Origin: Octopus sinensis
Taxonomy: Eukaryota
NCBI RefSeq assembly: GCF_006345805.1
Contig: NC_043004.1
Span: 79,794,001 to 79,858,000 of the forward strand
DNA length: 64,000 nt
Direction: 5' to 3'
The notes under the pieces were generated by a model. It had not been told where the DNA came from. It did not search any database and saw nothing but the letters and a program-made list of their open reading frames with translations. Each line of letters starts with the position of its first letter. The stretch's first letter is position 1. Shown here piece after piece: positions 12,023-24,391 of this stretch. The position numbers and the translations under genes are program-made.

Positions 12023-12600
12023 GCACACACGCACCACACCACACATACACATACGCACGCATAAAACACACACACACACACAAAGAAATTCAGAATTCAC
12101 GTTTTTGAACATCTTTTGATGTTCCGTTTCTCAATTCTCAAGGAGTAAAGAAGGAGTTATTTCCCCTTCACCTCCTTCAGTAACTGAATCGTTTGTCTTT
12201 GTGTGTGTGAATATGTGTGTGTATTGATGTATGTGTGTGCGTTTGTGTGTGTGTGTCTGTGCTTGGATGTGTATCGTATATGTAAGTATGAGTATGTGTG
12301 TACGTGGGTGTATTTGTGTGTGTGTGAGACTGTGAGTGACTGCTTTCTGTGCGTTTGTGTGTATCTGTTATGTTTGTATGCATGTGATGTATGCGTGCTT
12401 GTGTGTGTATGATATGTTAGTATGAGTGTGTGTGTTTGTGTGTGTTTGTGTTTGTGTGTGTGTGTGTGTGTTAAAGTCATTGTTTAGCCCTAGGCCGTCC
12501 CCAATCCAGCTGACATAATTAATTAATTATGACATGCTTAACAAGATTCCAGGGGTGACCATCCTGCCATTTCACATATAAAATACACAAATAAAATTAC

Positions 12601-13020
12601 TACCAATGTTCTTTTCTACTCTAGGCACGAGGCCCGAAATTGGGGGGGGGGGTCGATTCGATTGACCCAGTACGCAACTGGTACTCAATTTATCGACCCT
12701 GTAAAGATGAAAGACTAAGTCGACCTCAGCGGAATTTGAACCCAAAACGTAAAGACAGACGAAATACTGATAAATATTTTGCCCAGTTCTGATGATGATG
12801 ATGATTTCAAATTTTTGCCATGCGGGCAGCTTGGGTGGTGGTGGGGAGATTAAGTCGATTATATTGATCCCCAGTGTCTCACTGGTACTTAATTTATCGA
12901 CTCCGAAAGAATGAAAGGCAAAGTTGACTTCGGCAGGATTTGAACTCAGAACGTAAAGACAGACAAAATACCTCTAAGCATTTCACTTGGCGTGCTAACG
13001 ATTCTGCCATCTCACTGCCT
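12601..13020 (-). mobile_element. Two adjacent SINE family A copies
   Basis: Two occurrences of aactggtact..atttatcgac..gaaag.tgaaag.c.aagt.gac.tc.gc.g.atttgaac at 12675-12745 and 12882-12950. Confidence 0.75.
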
Positions 13021-13334
13021 TAAATTACTACCAATATTTAAAGAATAATTGGTGCTGTAGCTCTAATGTGTACCATCTGGGACCATCTTAGAATTTACTG
13101 CTCATCCTCTACTTTCCACCCCATGGGCCCAGAAGCATATACATGCTTCAACAGCAAACCCAAAGGTGGCACCCTGATAAAAGTGTCACCTGGAGGAGAC
13201 CACAAACCCTTAAGTATGCTACTGGGAAGAATGGCATTAATTATTAGCCTCAAGGTTTGGTGCAAGGCCAGCAATTTTGGGGGAAGGGGTGAATTGAATA
13301 CATCATATATATATATATACACATATATACTTTT

Positions 13335-13692
13335 ATTCTTTTACTTGTTTTGCCTGTGGCCATGCTGAAGCACTGCCTTTAGTCAAACAAATAAACAAAT
13401 CGACTGCAGGAATTATTCTTTGTAAGCCTAGTACCTATTCTATTGGACTCTTTTGCCAAACCACTAAGTTAGAGGGACGTAAACGCACCAACATCGGTTG
13501 TCAAGTGATGGTGGGGGGACAAACACACAGACACAAATACATACAATTTATATTTCTGTCTACCAAATACACTTGCAATGCTTTGAATGCCTCGAGGTTA
13601 TAGTGGAAGACACTTGCCCAAGGTGCCATGCAGTGGGTCTGAACCTGGAACCATGTGGTTGGGAAGCAAGCTTCTTACCACACAGCCATGCC
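13335..13692 (-). mobile_element. SINE family B copy
   Basis: Tail, body and head match 21902-22352 in reverse. Confidence 0.8.
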
Positions 13693-14029
13693 TACATACA
13701 TACACACACACACTCTCTCTCTCACACACACACACACACATATGTATGTATGTATGTAGACAGATATGTAGATAGAGTTTGTGTGTGTGAAAGAGAGAGA
13801 GAGAGAGAATGGGAGGAGTGAGGGAGGAGAGAATGAGAGATTAGCAAGAAAATTGCTCATAAACCAGTAATGCAAAGAAAGCTGTATTTTCGTACTATTT
13901 AGTCTGTTTCAGTTGCACAGACATTGTAGTGACATTGCTGTTCATATAAATACAGGATATAAATGAGATAAAATACATACACACACACACACTCAAACAC
14001 ACGTAACATATATATATATATATATATAT

Positions 14030-14412
14030 TGCACCATTCAAGCGCGATCGTTACCAGCGTCGCACTACTGGCACTCGAGCCCCGTGCTAGTAGGGTTTTA
14101 AGAGCACCATCCGAGCATGATAGAGCGGCTATCTGGCCTCAGTGCCGGTGACATGTAAAAAACATAATACGAGCGTGATCGTTACCAGCATCACCCTATA
14201 GGCACCTGTGCCGGTGGCATATGTAAAAGATTCGAGTGAGGTCATTGCCAGTGCCACCTGACTGGCATGTAAAAGCACCCACTACACTCTCGGAGTTAGG
14301 AAGGGCATCCAGATCAAGATTGAAGCCTGGTGCAGCCATCTGGTTTGCCAGCCCTCAGTCACACGTCCAACCCATGCTAGCATGGAAAGCAGACGTTAAA
14401 CGATGATGATGA
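14030..14412 (+). mobile_element. RTE-type 3' end element with (GAT)n tail
   Basis: Short internal tandem units followed by the shared terminal block ccaacccatgctagcatggaaagcagacgttaaacgatgatg. Confidence 0.7.
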
Positions 14413-14417
14413 TATAT

Positions 14418-14461
<44 letters not shown>

Positions 14462-14636
14462 GTATATATGTATAAAGATAGATATGGCCAGTCTTTGGGG
14501 TTACCCAGAGTTTTCGTGTTCACAAAGCGCTTAGCTTTACAGCATTTCTTCAGACCCTAGACCTGTTGGCCTATATTTGTTATCTAATTACTCTGCCACT
14601 CTATAACTTAGAGTGTGCTTCTTTATCGGATTTATG

Positions 14637-14682
<46 letters not shown>

Positions 14683-14689
14683 TATATCA

Positions 14690-16035
14690 TCATCATCATC
14701 ATTTAACGTCTGTTGTCCATGCTGGCATGGGTTGGACGGTTTGACCGGGCTGGCATACTGGAAGGCTGCACCAGACTCCAGTCTGATTTGGCATGGTTTT
14801 CTACAGCTTGATGCCCTTCCTAATGCCAACCACTCCAAGAATGTAATGGGTGCTTTTCATGTGCCACCAGTATGGGGTTCCAGTTATGTGACACCAACAT
14901 CAACCATGACAAGGATTTCACTTGGCTTGAAGGGTCTTCTCAGGCACAGCATATCATCACTAGTCATTGCCTCTGTGAGGCTCTCAGTGTTCAAAGATCA
15001 TGCTTCACCACTTCATTCCATGTCTTTCATGTCTACCACAGGTTACCTCCTCAGTTAGAGATTGGCACTTCTTTAAACAGCTGTCCTCATCCATATCACA
15101 TGACCAAACCAGTGCAGTCATCTCTCTTACACACCATATCTGATTCCTTTTATTTCTACCTAACTTTATTCTCAAGATGCTTACACTCTGTCAAACATGC
15201 ACACTGACATTGCACTTCCAGCGAGGCATACTGGCTTCATTTCTTTCAAGCCTACACATGACCTTGGCTGTCACAGTCCATGTTTTACTGCCATGTAGCA
15301 TGGTTGTTTGCACACAGGCATCATACAATCTACCTTTCACTCTCAGAGAGAGGCCCTTTGTTGCCAGCAGAGGTAGGAGCCCTCTGAACTTTGCCCAGCC
15401 TAATCATATTCTCACACCTATGCTCTGAGAGCATCTTCCTCTGCTACTAACTTGGTTACCTAGGTAACGGAAGCTGTCTATTACCTCTAACTGATTCCCT
15501 GGCAGTTAATGGAGTCTATTTTCTGCACATTTTCAGTGTTTATTGTACCTGTTCATCTTCCACATACAAAAGCTAGTTTCCCAGATAAACTTCCTCTGAC
15601 GTTGCTGCACTTTTTATGGGTCCAAATCTTAAATTGGGTGCATTTTATGGAGTTTTTACCTGTGCCTCTTCTACAGATCAAGCAAAGCCATCTACCTGAA
15701 GGTATTTGTGATTTGTCTGCCTTCCTACTTACTAAGACTTTGTTTTTTGCTAGGTTAATTCTAAGGTCCTTCGATTCTAGACCTTGCTTCCATACCTGGA
15801 ACTTCTTCCCTAGTTCAGTTAATGATTCAGCTATAAGAGCCTGTCTTGCATTCCTCTGTTATTGCCTGGAGTAGGGGTTGAGTGCCAATCCTTGGTGAAC
15901 CTACTTCTGCCCTGAATTCTTCGCTGTACTCACTGCCAACCCTCACTTTACTGGTAGCTTCCTTGTATGTAGCTTGTACAGCTCTCACCAACCACTCACC
16001 TATCCCTAGATCCCTAGATCCCTCTTTGACCACCA
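14690..16035 (-). pseudogene. 5'-truncated RTE-clade LINE (RT C-terminal part, 3' UTR and (GAT)n tail)
   Basis: Minus-strand peptide LGIGEWLVRAVQATYKEATSKVRVGSEYSEEFRAEVG is RTE RT-like. The segment at 15060-15250 is homologous to the RTE C-terminus at 33262-33535. Frameshifted. Confidence 0.85.
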
Positions 16036-16079
16036 GATAAGGAATATATGTGTGAGTGTGGTGTGTGTGTGTGTGTGTG

Positions 16080-16412
16080 TCTTTTATCTTTTACTTGTGT
16101 CAGTCATTAGACTGTGGCCATGCTGGAGCAATGCTTTTCAAAATAAATTGATCACAGTTCTTATTTTCTTTTTAAGCCTCATACTTATTTTATTGATTTC
16201 TTTTGCCGAACTGCTAAGCTATGGAGGACATAAAGCATATCAACACCAGTTATCAAATGGTGGTGGGTGACAAATACAGGCTCAAAGATGCACACACACA
16301 CACACATGATGGGCTTCTTTCAGATTCTGCCAACCAAATCCACTCACAAGGCTATAGACACTTGCCTTAGGTACCACACTGGGTCTGAACTCAAAACCAT
16401 ATGGTTTGGATG
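16080..16412 (-). mobile_element. SINE family B, degenerate copy
   Basis: Tail cagtcattagactgtggccatgctggagca and body match family B. Confidence 0.7.
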
Positions 16413-16502
16413 CAAGAGGGTTAAAAAAGGGCAGAGCACCCTGTCATGGAAAATCCTCAACAAATTCTACCTGGAAAACCATGGAAAACTGGGCATTAAA
16501 CA

Positions 16503-16703
16503 ATGATGACGATGCTGACGACAACGAGGACAATGACAACGATGATGATGATGGTGATGATGATGATGACAATTGTGATGATGAAGATGATGATGATGAC
16601 GACGATGGTAATGATGAAGATGATGATGATGACGATGGCAACGATGATGATGACGGTGACGATGACGACGACGACAATGATGATGATGATGATGATGATG
16701 ATG
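16503..16703. repeat. Imperfect (GAT/GAC)n trinucleotide array
   Basis: Direct reading. Source of the poly-D, poly-M, poly-S and poly-H ORFs. Confidence 0.95.
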
Positions 16704-18946
16704 CATTGCTGTTATTATTAAGCTTCATCGGAAATGTCATAAGGTATAAATCTTTCTCGAAAGACATTATCATAATGGAATGTTCCGGCAGTAATTCTCT
16801 CTGATTTATTGTCACATGTTTATATTGAGTGGTGGTCATGAGTTGGATAATGCACTTAGCGCAAACCCTCACGTTATAAACATCTTAACCAGGCACAGTC
16901 TGTGATGCTAACAAACTATCACTGATGCCAAACTTATGAAATATTGGTAACAAAGCCACACAGTCTGCTAAATGGTCATTGCTTTATCTCCCCATCTGTT
17001 TAGTGTAACATTCATATTATTCTAACTCACAGAAGAATTTTTCAATAAATTTTCTATCTCTATAAGAAATCTGGGACCGATATTAACAATGGTTGACAAA
17101 GTTTTCGCTTAGTTCTTCCTTTAATCTAATAACTTGAAGAATATTACATTATTCCATTTAAAGAATTATTATTCCATTTCTCAGCATATGCAAAATTATT
17201 TGAAGATTGTTTTGTCCTATCATAAACGAATTTTGGAAATATCTTATTAAAAAGTAGGCTTGTCGGAATAAATGTGCGGCAGTTATTTAATACGGTATAA
17301 AACAGATATTTGGATAGTTCTATATTCAAACAAAGAAATATCTATGTATTTCATTCAATGAAAATATTCTATGTCTGGTTGTCTTTTGAGCTATTTTATT
17401 TGAAGCGCTTTGCTTGCTTCATTGTATTGTATTGTTATGAGAGAGCAGTAAAATCTAAGAGTCAACCAGTTCATAAGCATGACCCCTTTGCTGCCTTGCC
17501 TTTTTCCAAGGACATTTCAAACTTAACATTCCCTCAATATTTATCCAAGCCTGCTTGTTTAAACTGACTGTTTATCCACAATTTGTGGACACAGACACTA
17601 GCTTAGCTGTGTGGTTAAAGATGCTTGCTTTGCAACCCTGCGGCTTTAGGTTCAGTCCCACTGTATGCCTTCTGGGCAAGTGTCTTCCTCTATAGTCCAC
17701 TGCTGACCATTCCTTTCTGAGTGAATTTGATTGAAGGAAATTGTGCTGAAGCCCATGGTGTATACATAGAAGCCTTCAACTTTTTCTATCCAAGGGATTC
17801 TTTGTATTGTATTAAAACACTGATTCAGGTACAGGCAAAGCCACAGAGCTAAAAGCTTTGCATCCCAACCTAGTGGTTTCAGGTTCAATACTCAGAGCAT
17901 GTGTGTTTTACTATAGTCCTGGGCCATTGAAAACCTTGAGAGTGAATTTGGTAAACAGAAACTTCAAAAAGCATGTCGCATGTATATATATATATATATA
18001 TGATATATATTAAGAACATGGTGGTAGTATGTTCTACTCCGTCTGTAGATTTTTTATCACTCATATATATTCATCTGAATATATATATATAGACAAATGA
18101 CAGTAAAATGGAACTACGACATTCCTTTTTTAAAAGTCACTACAATTGTTTCAACACATTATTATACCTTTAGTACATAGCAGTGTCACACCATGCCTGT
18201 GTCACGTTATGCCAATGTCATGCAGGTTGTCACGTCATTGTGCCAGTGTCACGTGGGGTGGTGCCACGTCAAAAGCACCCAGCACACATTATAAAGTGGT
18301 TGGTGTTAGGAAGAGGCATCCAGCTGTAGAAGCCAAGCCCTAGTTAGACTGGAGCCCGGTACAGCTCTCTGGCTTGTCAGCTCAGAACAAACTGTCCAAT
18401 CCATGCCAACATGGAAAATGGGCACGAAAAGATGATGATGATGATGATGATATATGACTTTTTTCAGTTTCTGTCTACCAAATCCACAAGGCTTTGGTTG
18501 GCTGGGGCGATATACTAAGAGATAAACCCACACCTCTAGAACCACACCCACAATGACAATGACACAATGAAATATTATGAGAAATGTTTCCACCTCTTGT
18601 TCCTTGACAAATTATTAGAATCCTATAAAGGAAAGACTAAACTTTACTTCTAGTTTTAGCTGTTTAAATACTCCCTAAACTTAATCCATCACAAAACAGG
18701 GGCAACATAAAATGCTCACCTTTGCAGTTTAAGTATTTTACACATTTCAACTAATTTTATGCCAAAAAATAAAAAGAAATTTTAATTCAAAGGAAAGTTT
18801 TTCATTTTTCACAGAATTTTTTTCTATTTTATTTTATTTTCACAAAATTGTAAACATTGGTGAATTGTAGAAATAGTAATGCAAGTGTGACGGTGATGGA
18901 CTATTTGAATGGGTTTTCTTCTCTGCTTTCTTGTTGTCTTTGACAG

Positions 18947-19119
18947 GAGAGTCCGTCATATACATGCGTGTGTTGACTAGGACTTCAGGTTCTACTGGCA
19001 GCAGTTTGTCCATCCCTAACATAGCTCTTATCTTCATCGTCTTCATCATCATTGACACTTATTGTCATCGTCATCATTTAATATCTGCTTTCCATGTTGG
19101 CATGGGTTCAGCAGTTTAA
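18947..19119 (+). CDS. Candidate terminal host exon ((G)ESVIYMRVLTRTSGSTGSSLSIPNIALIFIVFIII...)
   Basis: Long pyrimidine tract ttttcttctctgctttcttgttgtctttgacag| followed by an open frame with a Ser/Gly/Thr spacer and a hydrophobic stretch. The last ~17 codons overlap an RTE-tail repeat. Confidence 0.3.
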
Positions 19120-19729
19120 CAGGAACTGACAAGCTAAAGCACCGTACCGAGCTCCATTGTTTTCTTTGACATGGTTTCTTTGGCCGGAGGCCCTTCACAT
19201 AAATATGTGTCTGTGTTTGTGAGCAAGTGTGTGTTCAGACTTATGCAACTATAAGCATTGCTATTTTTCAGTATTCTTATTCATTATGTCAAGTTTAAAT
19301 GATGCAAAACCGAAAGTTAATGAAGGTCAGGTGTTGGAGATTATCAGAGAGGCAAGTTATGAGGCTAAGAAGTTCGCTTCTCAATCAAATGCTTTGGGTT
19401 CAATCCCATTGTGCAGCACCTCAGACAACAGTCTTCTACTATAGCCCTGGGCCAACCAAAGCCTTGTGAGTGGATTTAGTAGACAGAAACTGAAAGAAAC
19501 TTATCATATATATATATGTGTGTGTGTGCATGTGTATCATTAATTTTAGGTATTTTAATTTACCCCAGTTGATCAACAGACCAATTGAGTAAACCTATTT
19601 ATACTGGAAACAGCTGTAAGCCAAATTTGCTATAATAAAGGAATTATAGGTAACAACCATTATCTTAATTTGTCTATTATAAATATATATATGTATATAT
19701 ATATATATATATGATGATGATGATGATGA

Positions 19730-20040
19730 TATATATAAAGATGAGAATGTGTCTATCTGTGTGAATCCCTAAAACTTGAGAACTACACAGCCAATTTCAT
19801 TCAAATTTTATATATGCCTTACTTAGGGTCCATGTAGTGTCATAGGCCAAAAATATTTTAAACTTCATGTCTAGGGCAAGCCCACAGCAATATCATATCT
19901 TCTCCACAGTTTCAGTATTACGTGTCAAAAGTGAAATGATAACATATCTCTATTGCAATGACAGATACTTTCACTTTAATAGTTTCACTTTAATACTGAA
20001 ACTATTAAAGTGAAACTATTACCTCACATATATACCGGCA
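19730..20040 (+). mobile_element. Probable non-autonomous Helitron/Helentron-like repeat
   Basis: Starts at atatataaagatgagaatgtgtctatctgtgt then ccaatttcattcaaatttt, the usual 5' layout of such elements. Similar layout at 27445-27650. Confidence 0.45.
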
Positions 20041-20047
20041 TACATAC

Positions 20048-20079
<32 letters not shown>

Positions 20080-20599
20080 TATGCATATATTTTGGGGACC
20101 ACTCATGTCTAGAAACTGAGGTTGGTGGGTAAGCAAGGGCATGCTCCTTGTAGAAAATCCAGCTCCAAAAAAGCCTCATGATAGCAAAGGAGAATGGGCA
20201 CTAGCCAGCCCAAAGGTTGGGGTGGGCTGCACCTGCCTACCTCAGTTGTTATGGCATCGAGGTAGATCCAGCCACCCCCATTAACTGGGACAAAGCCCAG
20301 ATTTCAAACACTGGATGATGATGATGATGATGATGTTTACCAAGAACAAGCAATTTTTAGGGCACCTTTTCTAGCTGCCTCCTCACCGAAGGGAAAACTA
20401 TCATCCTAAATAGGCTGCTTTGTAGTTTAGAAGAGGACTCAGACAGTGAAACTGTTCACATAAATTTCACAGAACAGCCATCTACTTCTTACCTCCATAT
20501 GTACAAAGCTCAAGTTAGAAACCTCCAAGGACTTTCCTCCACCTGTCCCCACCACGTTTACTTCATTGCCATAGGATTTGATTAGTCCTCATATTGTCA

Positions 20600-20870
20600 C
20601 TGGACGATCTGCACGATCTGCAGGTGGCATGTAAAAATCACCATTTGAGCATGGCCGTTCCCAGTACCACCTGACTGGCCCTTGTGCTGGTGGCACATAA
20701 AAGTACCCACTATATTCTTGGAGTGATTGGTGTTAGGAAGGGCATCCAGCTGTAGAAACTCTGCCAGATCAAGACTGGAGCCTGGTGCAGTCATCTGGTT
20801 CATCAGTCCTCATTCAAATTGTCCAACCCATGCTAGCATGAAAAGCGGATTTTAAATGATGATGATGATG
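20600..20870 (+). mobile_element. RTE-type 3' end element with (GAT)n tail
   Basis: Shared terminal block as at 8030-8290. Confidence 0.75.
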
Positions 20871-21901
20871 TACACATTATTGGATGGCCATAGACTATTC
20901 ATGAGCTCCCCCGCACTTTCATAGGGTGTTATTTCTCATCCTGTAGGGGGTCCTCCTCAACGAGCAAGTTTGGCGAGGTTGCCAGTTTAGTCATCAACAA
21001 CCCAACCATGAAATAGGTTGTACTGGGTTACATGTTACCAGTAGTGCTCAAAAGCAACCGACATAAATCATCATCATCCTCATCTAACATATATATATTT
21101 ATAAATATATACATACAAACATACACACACAGATGCACATGTATATGTATATGTGTATATATATGTATGTATATATATGTCATTGTGTATGTTTGTATAT
21201 ATATATATATATATACACACACATATATACATGTGCATGTGTGTGTGTATATATATATATACACACACATGCACACACATATACATACATGCATACATAC
21301 ATACATACATGCATACATACATGCATGCATACAAACATACATACATAGCTTCATTCATACATACACACACAAATACACACATACATACACACATACATAC
21401 ATAAATACATTAAAACAGAAATGAAAAGGCAAAACTCGACAAGGAATAATAAAAAGCCTCTTGCAGCCACTTTAGAAAAGGCAGCCACAAATTCACTTCA
21501 ACTGCAGTTCAAAGTGGAATTTTAATGGCATACCAATTGGAGGACACACAGTGCGTATCTATCAATTTGAGTCACTTGACAAAAACTCCTCGTATCTTTT
21601 ATACATATATACACACATACATATATATATACACATGTATGTATATATACAATCCTAGGCCATGGCAGAAGACGCTTGCCCACAATGCTATGCATTGGGA
21701 CTAAAAAAATACATGTGTGCCACTGTGTGTGTGTGTGTGTGTATGTGTGTATGAGTGTGTGTGTGTGTGTGTATGTGTGTGCACACATTTGTATGCATGT
21801 GTGAAAATAAATAGTTCATTACACTTGGTTGGAGGCAAAATGTTTCATTTTCAATATAACTATTGTTACATCAAAAACATGACGTATATATATATATATA
21901 T

Positions 21902-22099
21902 AGGCGTAGGAGTGACTGTGTGGTAAGTAGCTTGCTTACCAACCACATGCTTCTGGGTTCAGTCCCACAGCATGGCACCTTGGGCAAGTGTTTTCCACTA
22001 TAGCCTCGGGCCGACCAAAACCTTGTGAGTGGATTTGGTAGACGGAAACTGAAAGAAGCCCGTCGTATACATATATACGACTGAAAGAAGCCCGTCGTA

Positions 22100-22142
<43 letters not shown>

Positions 22143-22352
22143 GTGTGCATATGTTTGTGCGTCTGTGTTTGTCTCCCCAACATCGCTTGACAACCGATGC
22201 TGGTGTGTTTACGTCCCCGTAACTTAGCAGTTCGGCAAAAGACTGATAGAATAAGTACTAGACCTACAAAGAATAAGTCCTGGGGTCGATTTGCTCAACT
22301 AAAGGTAGCGCTCCAGCATGGCCACAGTCAAATGACTGAAACAAGTAAAAGA
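21902..22352 (+). mobile_element. tRNA-derived SINE family B (CORE-like), full-length reference copy
   Basis: tRNA-like head ggcgtaggagtgactgtgtggtaag...gggttcagtccca, CORE-like ggcaccttgggcaagtgt, internal TA/TG tract, and tail ctccagcatggccacagtcaaatgactgaaacaagtaaaag. Confidence 0.9.
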
Positions 22353-22696
22353 TTAAAAAGTATATATATATATGCATACATACACATACACTTAGTGCAA
22401 AGGACATACTTTTATCAACCTACACATTCCACATGCATTCATTTGCTCTCTTATCGTGGTCATACTACTTCATTGTGTTTATGAGAACAAGAAGTAATAG
22501 CTAAATCAATGCCAACCGCACCCTCGCGTATTTAGAAAATAAAACAAGATCGGAAGGACATATTTGGTAATGTGTATCATTAAAAAGAGAAATGCAAAGA
22601 AAGATCTAGGATGGTCACAGATGAAAGAATTTTTTGTTACAGCATTTACTTTCAAACACACCACCTTTGTAAAATAATGTTGTTGTTATTAAGCTA

Positions 22697-23118
22697 GGAT
22701 CTTTTCAGTTTGAACAGCAGTTTTTTCTAGCGGTGTCATATGAAATTGTCACCCATAATTATGACCCTAGTATCGATCTATTGCATTTCAATCTGTTTTA
22801 GGGTTAGGGTTAGGGTTAGGGTTAGGGGGAAGGGGATCTTTTTTCTTCAGAAATGTAAACAAACCCAATCTGTTTCTTAAACGAGGGACATATTCATACG
22901 GCTCAGAATGTTTTCACCTCAATAGACGTCATTGATTGGTTGAAATTGCAGAAAATGAAGAAAAATAACAACAAATATCTTACAAACTATAGAATTTTCT
23001 CAATAAAGCCAAGAGAAAAATATGTTTTATAAACACATTCTACCAGTATACGAACTTTAAAAGTGTTTAGTTATGTGGAAATTATTTTAAAAAACTGTCG
23101 TTCAAACCAAAAAGATCC
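22697..23118. mobile_element. Non-autonomous TIR element containing (TTAGGG)5
   Basis: 30-bp TIRs ggatcttttcagtttgaacagcagtttttt / aaaaaactgtcgttcaaaccaaaaagatcc (26/30 match). A second, inverted copy lies at 60170-60591. Confidence 0.85.
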
Positions 23119-23830
23119 TATGTTTGTTGTTATTAAACTGGTGTTTAGTACATAAATTAACATGAAATTTTGATTGAAAGTTTTAATTTAAATCACTTGA
23201 ATCCTTTTGGTGTCATATTTCTGTTGAAATACACTGCGTTTGTTTCAGTAAATTTTGAAAATAATGAGGAATTTAGTAAAATAACAGGCATTATTAAGAT
23301 GGTATTTTGCTCATAAACATGAAATTTTGATGGAAGTTTTTAATGTAGATCTCTTTAAAACAGGCAAGTTTTGTGTCATAGAACCAGAGGTGGTTTCAGA
23401 CAAGTTGGCATGAAAAGGGTTAATCATAGGCCTGCTTATCTGAGATTATCTTGGGGGCTAAACAACACCAAAACCAACAACAACAACAACAAGAACAGCA
23501 GCACCGCTTCTTATGTCATTCGAAGGAGAATGACTCCCTTATGAAAGATTATGCTTCATTTTAAACTTTTATTACTTGTGCGTGTGCGTGTGCTCATGTG
23601 AAACTCATAAAAATTCTGGAATGTTTATAGAGGGTGGGAAGGCCTTGAATACGAGAGCAACAACAACAACTACTACTTCTACTAATAAAAAAAATTGAAC
23701 AACAACTACAACAACAACAACAGTTGCAGCAGTAACAACAACAATAATGACAATTCTTTTATCATTGTTGAACATATTTGGTGAGAAGTAATGGCCTATT
23801 TACCTGTATTTACCTGTTCATTATTCAGAA

Positions 23831-24035
23831 AAGTTGCGAGCTGGCAGTATCGTTAGTACACCAGGCAAAATACTTAGTAGCATCTATATGTTCTGAATCC
23901 AAATTCCTCCAAGGTCAACTTTCCCATTCCTTCTTTCGAAGTCCTTAAAATAAGGTCCAGTCGAACACTGAGCTCAATGTTATCGACTTAACCCCTCTCC
24001 CCGAAATTGCTGGCTTTGTGCCAAAATTTGAAACC
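23831..24035 (+). mobile_element. SINE family A copy
   Basis: Head gcgagctggcag.atcgttag and core aaggtcaactttccc.ttc. Confidence 0.7.
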
Positions 24036-24348
24036 ATGATTAAGAAAGATAGAGAAGCAGCAGAGGCTTATGGAATGTCATTGAATGCCCCATGATATTT
24101 TGTTTGACTCTCTGAAATCTGGGTTCAAACCCAACCAAAATTCACGTTACCTTTTATTTTTCCACGGGTTGGGGCACCAATCCAAAGAAATGATTTGGTG
24201 GGATTGTAAAAGGATCAAATAAGGTGTCTTGTGAGACTGAACCCAGAACCATGAGGTTGGTAAGCAAGCTACTTACCATACACCCACTCCTGCACCCTAT
24301 ATATACATATATATATATATACATATATATATATACATATAAATATAC

Positions 24349-24379
<31 letters not shown>

Positions 24380-24391
24380 CATATATATATA

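Noticed and set aside
16406-16872. Poly-Asp, poly-Ser, poly-His and poly-Met ORFs
   Set aside because: All come from one (GAT)n array, a common tail and microsatellite type in this window.
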